Below, in pieces: positions 18,101 to 30,019 of a stretch of 61,723 nt of DNA. This DNA comes from Guillardia theta CCMP2712. Lineage: Eukaryota > Protista > Cryptophyta. Both the position numbers and the translations under genes were made by a program. Location: the NCBI RefSeq assembly GCF_000315625.1, contig NW_005434579.1:1-61723 (forward strand), written 5' to 3'. Position 1 is the first letter of the stretch; each line of letters opens with the position of its first letter. The notes below the pieces were generated by a model, which was not told the origin of the DNA, searched no databases, and saw only the letters and a list, made by a program, of their open reading frames with translations.

Positions 18101-20105
18101 CGAGCTGTGAGTTCGTTTCTCCCAGCTGATGCATCGCGACAGACTGTGATGATGTCAAGAAAAGATGATCAGCGCAGATGATTTGGAGAGAGAAGAGAAT
18201 GGTAGGATAATGACTTCGGCGTGATGAAGAAAGCAAAGAGGAAGAAGTTTGCAGAGAAGGAGACGGAGAGGTGAAGGAGAAGAGAGAGGAGAGAGGAGAG
18301 AGGAGAGAGGAGAGAGGAGAGAGGAGAGAGGAGAGGAGAAAGGGTCGGTCTCTTACTTGTTTCGTGAACTCCGTCACTTTCTCAGCATGGGCTATCCTCA
18401 ACCTGACACTTTTCAATGACGACATCTCTTGAATCTCTCTCTCACTTCTCCAACTCAGTTCGCAAGACTGCAATCTCTTGTGTTTGAAACTGACACAAGT
18501 GGTAAGCTCTCAAGCTCACTGCTTGTTCTTTCATGTTTGTTCTTTACCTTGTCGATCTCTCGCATACTGTCCAGCTGCTTCTCAATATCTTGCGCTGACC
18601 TCTTCGTCTCCTCGCTCATCTTCCTCTTCGTCGACTGCTCCACGTCAGCGGCTCCTCGCCAGGCACCTCACACACCAGCAGAATCTCCAGCTGCTTGATC
18701 CGCTCGCTGCTCTCGAGCTCTCGCAGCTGTAACTCGCTGCTTTCCGTGCGAAGCTTCGAGAGCTCCAAATCTGACCGAGGAGGAGGAGGAGGAGGAGGAG
18801 GAGGAGGAGGAGGAGGAGGAGGAAGTCACACACTTGCAAGCAGAAAATGATGCGAGGAAGGAGAGGAAGAAGAGAGAGAAGAGGTAGCAAGAGAGAGGAT
18901 AAAAACTATTCGTTCACCTAATTTCTCCTTAGCAGGAACCAGTACAGCTAGAGTAGACTTCAACTCATCAATACTAATGTCAGCAAGTCAGATGAAGAAA
19001 GTAAACAGAATGAGAGCAGAAGAAAAAGAAATGCAGAAGAAGCGAGGGAATACGTCTGTTGAGATGAAGCGACTTGTTGCTTTAGAGATGTGACCGCAAG
19101 ACATTCTTGTTTCGCTTGTTGAAGAGATTGATTCTGACCAAAAGTTACCATCTCCATCTCCACCCTTCGCTTCTCCTCGCCCCCCTCCTCCCCTTCTTGC
19201 TTGTCCTCTTCTCCTTCATCGCACTTCACACCTTCTCAGTCGCATCTGCTTCAGCTGCTTCCAGTCGGTTGATGAGATGTTTATGCTGAAGTGCCTGCAG
19301 TCAGCACCGCATGGAAAGAAACGACGGGAGGAATCAAACAAGGAGCGAGGGGATGACGACAAAGCGAAGGAGAGAAGAGAAGGAACGAGGACCGCAAAGT
19401 ACTACAGAGCAGAGAGCAGAGTAGAGCAGAGCAGAGCAGAGCAGAGCAGAGCAGAGCAGAGCAGAGCAGAGCAAAGGAGGAGAAGAAAGAGAGGCAAAGG
19501 ACTGAGGGATGGGGGAATGCCTGAAGTTTGAGCTCACTCAACGACTTCTGGTTCTCCGCCAATGTAGATCGCTGACAAGAAATCAAAAGAAGACAATAGA
19601 AACAAGTGTGCAGAATAAAGAAGAGAAGAAGTTGGAAACGAGAAGAAAGAACGAGGTTGAATTCACCAGAGTTTCGACTTCAATCGTCATGTTTTGAAGT
19701 ACGTGAGATTGATGCTCCAACTTTTCTCTCTCTTGTTGCAATTCCATCTATCATCAACGAGTTCAACATCATCATAGTCAACGTCATCGCAATCATCATT
19801 ATTTCATCATCACCGCCATTACCTCCACCTCCTCCTCCACCACCGCCACCTCAACAATCACGATCTTATTCATCATCAACAACAACATTTTCCTTGTCTA
19901 ATTTGTTTGCTTCGTTACTTACTTGTGTCTTCTGCAGCTCTCGCTGACTTGTGCTGTACATCTGCATGATACGTAAATGAGTCAAACGTTTTCATCACCA
20001 CCTGCAGCATCTTCTTCATCTTTGTCATCTCCTTCATGATTTTGTCCATCATGACTTCATCATGATCATGATCATGGTGAAGATCATGATCATGAATATC
20101 TCTAC

Positions 20106-20165
<60 letters not shown>

Positions 20166-21103
20166 AGTTATAGTCATCAGTATTGCACCTCAACTTGATT
20201 TCGATATTCTTCACTTATTTGCTGCAACTTGTCTTGTTGGTCCTGCAAAGAATTGAGATGTGCAACAAGATAAGCGATGATTGACTTCAAGTTGTCTCTC
20301 CACATTCGCCTTGTTCCTGCATCACAGTCATTCACTCTCCTTGTCTTCATCTCTCTCACTTCTCGACTCGTTGACGAATGTCCTTGCAGTCGTTAATCTC
20401 AACAACAAGTCTTTCTCTCTCGCTCATCAATTCATTGTTCTCATTCCGAGCTTTGTTCAGCTCAGCTTGCAAGAAGTTGACTCGATTATTCAGTCGCTCC
20501 TCTTCAGCCTGTCAGCGCGGTCATGCAAGACACCTCTTGCTCGCCCTCCACCTTCTGTCGTGATGTCTCAAGATCGAGAGTTTTCTTCAACTGATTGATC
20601 ATCTGAACATCTTCGAGATGTTGTTGTCGGTCGTCAGACATCTTCGTCTCAAGCTCTCTGTTCCTGCTTGCACATTTCAACCTGTCGTTCCTCTTGTCTC
20701 TTGCTCAAACCTCCTCATGAAGTTGTTCACTTGCTCCCGATGTTCACTTTGCACTGATTGCATCTATTGTCCAAAATAATCAAGACAAGCGCCCGTCCTT
20801 GCGTCATGCCCCTTCCGCTACTTCTGCTGCTCCTGCTCCTGCTCCTGCTCCTCCTTTTGCTCCATCCATCTCTCGCTGTCCTGCGGTCGGTCGCTGGCTA
20901 GCTCTCACCTGACTTCGCGCCACCTCTCTGATTTCCTCCAGCTGCTTAGACAGTTCTGCCACAGCCTCTTTCTCGCGCGCCTTGAAGGACTGCGAGAAAC
21001 CAAGAGCAAGCGTGTCAGAGACAGTGGCAGGAGCAGGTCCACATGAAGGAGAAGCAGGAGCAGGAGCAGGAGCAGGAGCAGCAGGAGCAGCAGGAGCAGG
21101 AGC

Positions 21104-21164
<61 letters not shown>

Positions 21165-24100
21165 ACAAGAGCAGGAGGAGGAGCAGGAGGAGCAGGAAGA
21201 GAGGATGGTGCATGACATACTCGCTCTTGCTCATCCTTGTCCTTCCTCAACAAGTCAATCTCGTCCATCAGTTTGTTCACTCGATTCTTCTCCTTCTCAA
21301 CATCTTCTGTCAAGCTGACCACCTGCCCACTTGTCATTCTCATCGTCGTATCGCCATCTTGTCGCACTTTTGCTCGGTGAGTTGCGACCTCGTCCTGCAG
21401 GTCCCTCGAGACGCTCTCGACGTCCTCCTTTTGCAGCTTCATCTCCGACAACTTCTGCCCAACTTCGAACAACCTGAGCAAGAGTGAGGGAGAGTGAGAA
21501 GAGATCGAGGAAGATGAAGAAGGAAGACAACGATGATGAAGAACTTCATCCATGATCGAACCATCACAACACATCAACAAACAAGAGGAGAAGGAGAGGT
21601 TCGGTAAGTGAACTGCAATCATTCGACCTGTTCTTCAGAGTATCTCGCTCTTCCTGCAACCTTTTCATCTCGACAAGTTTTTCTTCTGCTCGTGCAACTT
21701 CATCTTCAAGTTCGTCGATTCGTCTTTTGAGTTGCCCGCAATCTTTGACAAGTGACGTTCTCTTCTGATATGAATCATCCAGCTCCCCCTGCAAGTCTGT
21801 AACCTTGCTCGACAGCCGCTCGCACGTTTGTTGCGAAGTTCGGATTTTCCTCTCCTGCTCCGACAGCTCCTCCTGCATCCGCTCCACCTGCGTCTGCAGC
21901 TCGACAACTTTCCTCTCCTTCTCCTGCAGATCCTTGGACTTCTTCATCAGCTTCTCGTTTGCCATCACCAGCCCGTGCTCGACTTCTTCTCTCTCCGTCT
22001 GATACTTCAACAACTCCTTGCTCTTCTTGCTCATGTTCTGTTGGAGCGTTTCTACCTTGCTCAGCAACATCTCGGCACGCTCTCGCTCTTCTTTCAGGCT
22101 CATCTCGACCACCTCAAGCTGCTCAGCCTGAGATGCGATCATGTCCGACAGTTCCTTCTTCTCTCCTGCTGTCTTTGCTGCCTCTGCTTGCAGTGATGAC
22201 AACTGAGCGTTCAAGGTCAAGACTTTGGCGTCGTATGCAAAGTTAGAATCAGACTGAAATTTCTTGTCCTGCAAAGAGAAATGAGACGAGCAGATTTGAT
22301 GGAAAATAAGGCAAGGTAAAGACGAGACGAGACGAGACAGGACGAGACGAGACGAGACGAGACGAGACAAGATACAAGTCATGACAAGATACAAGTCAAG
22401 ACAAGATACAAGACAAGTTAAGACAAGACAAGACAAGACAAGACAAGACAAGACAAGACAAGACAAGACAAGACAAGACAAGACAAGACAAGACAAGACA
22501 AGACAAGATCAGACAAAACAAGATCAGACAAGACAAGACAAGACAATACAATACAAGATCTGTTTTCATGTCCCTTGTTCTGACCTTGTTAAGTTCAGAG
22601 ATAGTGAATTCTTTCTCCATCAGGAGTTTTTCTCTTGTCTTGACTTCTTCTTTCAGCCTCTCACACGTTGCCTTGAGCTCAGCCTTCTGACTTGCTACCT
22701 CGTCAACCTCCTTGTTCTTCTCCATCAGAACTTTCTCGAGCCCCTCCAATTTGCCCTTCAGCGCCACCTTCTTCAGTTTTTCCTCCTCCACCTCCTCTCG
22801 CGCATCCACCAGCATCTTCTTGATCTTCTCCACCTCCTCCTCTGTCCCGCTCAGAGCCGCCAACTTGAGCTCGAGCGTTCCTCGCAGGTTCTCCTTCTCC
22901 TCGCTCTCCTGCTGCATCTTCTTCCTCAGCTTCTCTTGCTCGCTGCTTCCCCGCCACGCCCGCAGGAGGGAGGCGAGGGCTCGCAGCCTCAGCCGATCGC
23001 GAGCGTGAGAGCAGAGCTGACGCTTTCTCCTCCGGCGCTGCAGCTTCAGCTTCCAGGAGAGGAAGGAGGCGCCGGTGGAGACGTTGGCGATGGCGAAGTA
23101 AGCTTTTTTGAGCATGATGAACCTCGACCTCTGCTCCTTGGCGAACAACCTCCAGCTCGCGATCACGAATTTACTGCGGATGGACTGAAGCTTTTCCCTG
23201 TGCTTGTTGATGGCGTACTTGCGCTGCTTCTTGACTTTGATTGACTGCCGCCATCTCTGAAAGCTCTTGAGACAGTTGTCCTTCACCATCACAGATTGCT
23301 TGCGAAGACAACTCGTGCGAGATTTGTTGACATACTCTTTGAAGATCGCGTCTCCTTCTGACAACCTGATCTCAAAGTCCGCAATCCTGAAGCACGAGAG
23401 AGAACAATCAGGAATGGAGCAGGAGGAAGAGACAGGAGATGTAAAGCAAACAGCAGCAGCAGAGGTAGTGCAGCAGCAGCAGCGTGTAGATGACAACACT
23501 TACATTTCATTCTTCTGCGTCAGAAGTTTCTGCAGACTTTCCATCTCACCATCTAACTGGTGCCAACCTGTTTCGATGTCTACAACTTTGTTGAAAATGA
23601 TTGAACTTGTTTCTTCCAAACTCGCAAGGAGACGAGATATTTGAACTTGTTGAGATTGCAATCTGCAAAATCAATCATCACTACAGAACGACAGCAGCAG
23701 GCATATTGGAAGCCTTACGTCTTGTCTTGTTCATTTCGCTCTTTCTTGTTGTCATTCAGCGTCTTGACAAGATGTGCAATGTTTTGCTTCAAATTCTCAC
23801 CCTGACCCTCTCTCAGCGACACGTCCCTTATGCTTGTCAGCTCCGTCTCAATCATGTCCAGGACAACGCGAAGGTTGCAGTTTTGCGATGAGAGGTGAAG
23901 CAGGGAAGAGATTGACTGCACAGTTCGAAGAGAAGAGAGAAAGTTGTGATGAAGATGACCCATCGTCTTCTCACAAATCACCATCTGACCTGACATCTTC
24001 TCGAACTCACTCTCCAAGAGCTCTTTCTCATCATTACAATGTTCAAGCGCAGTTGCCAGCTCGTCTCTCTCCTGTATGATTTCGTTCAACTGGCTCTTGA

Positions 24101-25400
24101 CCTCTCCCAACTTCTCCATCGTCTTCGCTCTCTGAACTTCTGCCTCCTTCTTCTCCCTCGCAAGCTCCTCCACCTTCTCCTCCAGCAGCGCGTTCTCGTC
24201 CATCCCTCGCTCAAGCCTTACCCTCGTCTCCGCCAGCTCGACCGCGACTGTGTTGCACTTCTCTGCCGACATGATCCAGTTCTCTCTCACACTCCTCTCG
24301 CTTCCCTCCAACTTGTCCATCCGATCTCGCATGGATCTCATCTCATCTTTCAACATTTCGCACTCTTTCACTGAGTTCTCACATTTCATCCTCTCACTCT
24401 CCATCTTCACCGTCTGCATGCTGAGTTGCTTCTGCATCTCTGCCTTCTCCCTCTCCACATTCTCAAGAGACGCCTGCAGCAACGACAGCTGTCGTGACAT
24501 CGCAAACTTCTCATCATCCCCTTCCTTGACATTCTTCTTGTACATCTCCACATTCCTCCTTAACAACTCCAGCTCATCCCGCAAACTTTTGTTCTCTTGG
24601 ATGATCTCTAAGTCTATTTTCGCGCTGTCTCGCTCCTTCACCTTCACCCGCTCCAGCTGGGCCCTCAGCTGCTCGCTTTCCTCCTTGTGTCTCGCACAAG
24701 TTCTCTGCAAGTCTCGTCCCGCCTCCTCCGCCTCCTTCAACTTTCTCTCCATCGTTCTCAGCTCGTCTCTGCTGGATCTCAGCCTCGTCACGGAGTCGGC
24801 GAGCTCGTGCTGCAACTTTGAGTTGCTCTGCGAGAGGAGGAAGATGTCGCTCTCGTAGTTGAGAACCTGCCGCATCCCCGTCCTGTTCTCGCCCCCCGAG
24901 CGACTGGCTGGCAGGATCCTGGCAGGCAGCTCTTGCGAGAGGTTCAGGGCCGATGGGGTCATCGGGTCGACGGAGATGCTGTGGCCATGTGATGCTGCAG
25001 ACAGCAAGATGAGATGAGAAGACGAGCACAAACATTCTTGCCGGAGGACGTGAGGATATCAGGCTGTCCGAAGAGCCTGCAATCATCGTCAATGTGCTCA
25101 TAGCTCATGCGCTCCTCTCAGACTTCTGCCGGAATGAAGACTTGGACAGTCGTTGCTCCAGCACCTGACCCGGGTGAGTCAGTGAGTCGAGTGTGTGATA
25201 GCAGATGAGAGATCAACGGAGGAGAGACGGGATCGCAAACGAGGAGGGAAAGACGAGAAGAGAGGGTAGGCGATATTTGAACCTCTTTGGATGTAGGCTT
25301 CAGCGCTGGGCTGATGAGGAGGTTTCGTCCCCCACTGCAACGTGTCATGTGATTGTGGGGGCAGTGGCGTAGCGTCCTTACCTCTGATGGCGCTCTTCAT
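15185..25400 (-). CDS. Very large multi-exon coiled-coil protein with Sfi1-like Trp repeats and a C-terminal PDZ domain
   Basis: Long E/K/L-rich exons (23715-25031, 21564-22260). F..WR/WK repeats at 22950-23290 and 17200-17690. PDZ-like GVGLTL…GDVILAVDG…MLQGPRGSRVII…FVVTLKR at 15290-16190. Ends approximate; could be two genes. Confidence 0.65.
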
Positions 25401-26532
25401 GCGACTCGGGCCCTAAGACTGGCTCGCTCATCGCTGGCAAGTCGAACGAAGGCGAGGGAAGTCGACTTGAAGATGCAGCTGGTTGTAGAGAAGTAGATAG
25501 GGAGAAGCGGAAGAAAGGATGAAAAGAGGGGACAGTTAAGGAGTGAAGAGAAAGTTACTGCGGAAGGTTGGAGAAAGTAGGAGGACGACAGGGATGGACT
25601 CAGTGACTAAGTACAAGAGGGCAAAGATAAGGACAACAAGAAGTTGTGGGGAGGAGGAAGAGAGTGATGAAGGGAGTGAAGGGAGAGAGAGGAGAGGAGA
25701 GGAGTGAAGGGAGTGACAGAGGAAAGGAGAGGAGGGAGAGACAGAGGACAGGACAGGAGGGAGTGACAGAGGAGAGGAGGGGAGAGGAGAGGGGGAGGAT
25801 CTTCTAACTCTACAAGCAACTCAGTTTCGCATGGATTCAACGGCTTTGACAGCTTTCTGAGAGGTTGAGGCATAAAAATATATAGAATGAGTAAAAGTTT
25901 CAAGTTTCTGGTACTTCACTGAGTGGGCCCGGCCGGGTCGCCGGGCTGGCAAGCAGCAGTGTGGCCCGGCGTGAGGGTCAAGCCTCCTCTCATCATAGTA
26001 CAGCGAAAACCAACCCTCATCCTGCGTACTGCTGTCTCTCAAACCCGCAATCATGATGGCAACATAATGATAGGACAGGGAGGCCTTGAGCCGCCTGACG
26101 AAAGATCCTGGACCGGATGTGGTTGCAAGCCCCGTGAAGTCGGATAACGGAGGCTGAAACATCTTGCGAGGCCGAGAGACCATCCAGCGCTGGATGGATG
26201 GTCTCTCAGTCACGGTGCTGGCGATGATGGGAAGACTCCGAGTGAGCCGGGCCTTGGGCGGGACGTGCAGAGCATGTACTGATTTTTAACTTCACTTTGA
26301 GTCCTCTACCCTACTTTTTGTCCTCGTACTGATTTTAACTTAACTTAACTTTGAGTGAAAGGCCATACTACGGCGCCGGCGAAACTGAGAGACGGGCCGA
26401 CCGGGATCCGGACTCCGGGACGGCGCCGCCAGTCGCACCTCTTGCAATTCTTTTTTTATGTCGACAAGCCCGCCTCATTTCGCCGAACATGCAGCAGCCT
26501 CCTGCAACAGTTGCTCCCCCCGCTCGTCATGC

Positions 26533-26563
<31 letters not shown>

Positions 26564-26920
26564 CGTCCTCGTCCTGCTCCTGCTCCTGCTCCTCCTGCTC
26601 CTGCTCCTGCTCCTCCTGCCCCTCCTGCTCCTCCTGCTCCTCCTGCTCCTCCTCCTTTTTTGCCTCCTGCTGTTCACTTGCTGATTGTCTCGCTTCTGCA
26701 ACTGCTTCTCCGACTCTTAAGAAGAACAGATGTGTTGAGGACGAGGACGGCATGGATGATGATGGCAATGATGATGCAAGGAAAACCTGATGCTGCTCTG
26801 ATGCGATGACGATGATTAAAGAACAGAATGGGATTTGGTCACTATTGACATGGTCATGGTAATTTCTGATTTTGTTGGTTGCAGCAGCATAGATGTATTG
26901 ATGCCTTCTCCGTCTGGTTA

Positions 26921-29836
26921 ATGTCATCGATGAAGCCTTCTCAAGCGTTTTCATCCTCCCTCATGCGGCGCTCCTCCTCGCTCGCTCGCTCAGTCTCCAC
27001 GCTCTTCCTCCGCAGCTCTTCGGTCCTCCCTCGCCGAAGTTTCTCCGGCTCCTCGGACGTGAAGAGGAAGGCAGTGATGGTGGCGGCGACGGGTCAGCAT
27101 CATGGCAAGACGACGGTAACGCTCGGCATGGTCCATAAGCTGCTGGAGCGAGGAAAGAAGGTGTCCTACCAGAAGCCGGTGGGGCAGCAGACTGTGCCTG
27201 TGATCTGCCAGGGAAAGGAGCTGCAGGTGGACCGTGACGTGGACATCTTCAAGCACGTGTGGCCTCAGCTCGTCGGCAGCTACAGCGACGCGAGCCCGGT
27301 CGCCTTCCCCCCCGGCTTCACCCGCATGGTCCTCGACGGCAAAGTGCAGACGCGCGACCTGGTGCAGCGATGCCGGGAGTCGTTCGCGCGGCTGGTGGAG
27401 GCGTCGGACTATGTGGTGGTGGAGGGGACCGGACACATCGGCGTCGGCTCCATCATCGACCTCAACAACGCACAGGTGGCAGCTGAGCTGCAGCTGGACG
27501 TGGTCATTGTGGCGCCGGGGGGGCTGGGGGTATCGTTTGACGTGCTGGCGGCGAATCACGCGCTGCTGAAGGAGCACGGAGTGAGATTGAAGGGAGTGGT
27601 GCTGAACAAGGTGGAGGAGAAGAAGAAGGAGATGATCGAGCACTACTACCGCAAGGCTCTTCAGCGCATTGACGTTCCCCTCCTTGGCGTGATCCCCAGC
27701 GACGCGGACCTCCCGCTGCTCTCCATGAAATCTTTTACACGCCTGCTGAGTAGGAGGAAGCGACGAGCGTGTGCAGCCGCTGACGAGATTCATTCAGATG
27801 CTCAATTCCTAAGCTGCCAGGACAAGGAGCTGAGATTCTTCCGAAGGACCAGACTGATCGTGAGCACTTATCCCTCCTGCTCTCCCGCTTACTCCTCCTC
27901 CTGCTCCACCTCCTGCTCCTGTTTTTGCTCCTCCTCCTTCCCCCCCACCTCCTGCTCCTCCTGCTGCTCCTCCCCTCTCTCACTTCCTCCTCCTCACCGC
28001 TTTTCGGCTACTGATCGCAGAGTCAGGTCAACCCAGGCGATCTTCCTTTGCAAATCCCTGCCAACTCGCTGGTGAATCCCTTGGCTCTTTCTGCTGGCCC
28101 TGCTCCGCCCATTAACTCCTCCTCCTCCTTTCCTTGTCCTTGTCTCCGTTTCCCTTCCGTCCTCCTCCATTTCTACCTCCCTCCCTCCATCCATCCATCC
28201 ATCCCTTTTTCCTCTTTCCTTTTTCCTCTTTCCTTTTCTCTCTTACTCCTCGTCTTCTTCCTTTGATCTCCTTGTGCTCGCCTTCTCGTCGTCTCCTACT
28301 TGCCGGTGCTTGCTGGCTGCTCATATCTGCTACAGTTCATCCTCCATTCTTCTCGCGCCGACTCCCTTCAGGTTCGCCAGCACTAGCTTGATCTCATCCC
28401 TGACTCTTACCTCCTCAAAGGCTCTCATTCACCAGCACAAGATTGCCAGGTTTTACAACCTCAAATCCTCTCCTCTCCTCTCATCTCCTCTCCTCTCCTC
28501 TCCTCTCCTCTCCTCTCCTCTCCTCTCCTCTCCTCTCCTCTCCTCTCCTCTCTTCTTCTCTCCTATCTCTCTTGCCTCCCCTTTCCGCTCGTCATTCTCT
28601 TTCTCCCCTGTTCTCCAAACTCTTCTCACCTCCTCTCCTCCTCATGTTCTCCCCATCTCAACTCCCCGACCTCGATTCCTTACGCTATCTTACAGGGAGG
28701 GAGAAGGCAAAGATCTGGCATGTGGCGTCATTGTGTTCGGTCCTGAGAGGTGCAACCCAACCACCTCACCTCTCCTCTCCTCTCCTCTCCTCTCCTCTCC
28801 TCTCCTCTCCTCTCCTCTCCTCTCCTCTCCTCTCCTCTCCTCTCCTCTCCTCACCCTTCCTCGCTATCCTCTCCTCTTTCCCCTCCCCTCCCCTCCCCTT
28901 TCCTCTCTCCCACCACCTCTCTTCTTTGCTACCCCTCCCCTCCCCTTCTCTCTCTCTGACAAGTTGCTCAGAGTCTCTGATGCAGACATCGCCGGGCTTG
29001 AACAGGTTCTCCTGCTGATTAGTTTCTCTCCTCCCTTACCGCCTCGTCATTGTGCTTTACGTCAACCTCCACCACCACTAACTCCTCCTCCTTCTCGTCC
29101 TTCTCCTCCGCCGCCGCCTCCTTCTCCTTCTTGTCCTTCTCCTCCGCCGCCGCCTCCTTCTCCTTCTCGTCCTTCTCCTCCGCCACCATTTCCACCTTTT
29201 CCTCCATCCCGTCCTCCTCGTCCTTTTCCTTCTCCTTGTCTTACGCTTCCTTCCTTCCTCCTCGGTCATCACCACCTCCTCCTCCTCTCATCGTTGCTGC
29301 AGGAGGGGATTCCGATGCTGTACGTGAGCAAGAAAGATTTCGACGGGACGGGGTTTACCCTCCTTGAGAAGGTGAGAGGGACGAGAGGGGGAGACGAGGC
29401 GAAGAAGGCAGAGCAGCGATGGAGGAGAGGAGGAGGAAGGAGAGCATGGCATGCAACGGGAGGGGAGGACGAGGACGAGGAAGAGGACGAGGAGGACGAT
29501 AGAAGAAGAAGACGAGGGAGAGGAAGAGGACGAGGAGGACGATAGAAGAAGAAGACGAGGGAGAGGAAGAGGACGAGGAGGACGATAGAAGAAGAAGACG
29601 AGGGAGAGGATGAGGACGAGGAGGACGATAGAAGAAGAAGAGGGAGAGGAAGAGGAGAAAGAGGAAGTGACGTGGAGCAGGTGATGGGTCATACACACAA
29701 GCATCACAAGGCAGACATCGAGAGGATCGTCAGGACGTGAGTCGAGCTGATTCTCAGCTGGGCATGTGCTGGCTGACAGCCTTGCAGGTGCCAGCACGTG
29801 GGACAACACATTGACCTTGACGCGATCATCGCATGA
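26921..29836 (+). CDS. AAA_26 (BioD-like/phosphotransacetylase N-terminal) P-loop protein, probably with a DRTGG-type C-terminus and a mitochondrial-type presequence
   Basis: VMVAATGQHHGKTT, YQKPVGQ, VVVEGTGH.GVGS..DLNNAQVA, GVVLNKV motifs; R/S-rich N-terminus; last exon ends HIDLDAIIA*. Confidence 0.8.
29483..29653. repeat. 43-bp purine-rich intronic tandem repeat, ~4 copies
   Basis: GAGGACGAGGAGGACGATAGAAGAAGAAGACGAGGGAGAGGAA units. Confidence 0.85.
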
Positions 29837-30019
29837 GTGACGACGTTTGACAAGCAGCTGTCAAACTGAACGACCGAAACTTTGACTAGCATCTCTCAAA
29901 TCGACTTGTCAAACATACAAGAAAACCAGCTGAACCTGACATGAATCCGCCTCCTTCACGCCCACATCAGAAGCAGAGAGAGAGAGAGTGAGCAGGAGAG
30001 AAGTCCAGCTCCTGTCCAG

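Noticed and set aside
26921-29836. Calling this gene bioD, cobQ/cobB or pta
   Set aside because: Only the shared P-loop fold is evident; the specific catalytic domains are not seen.
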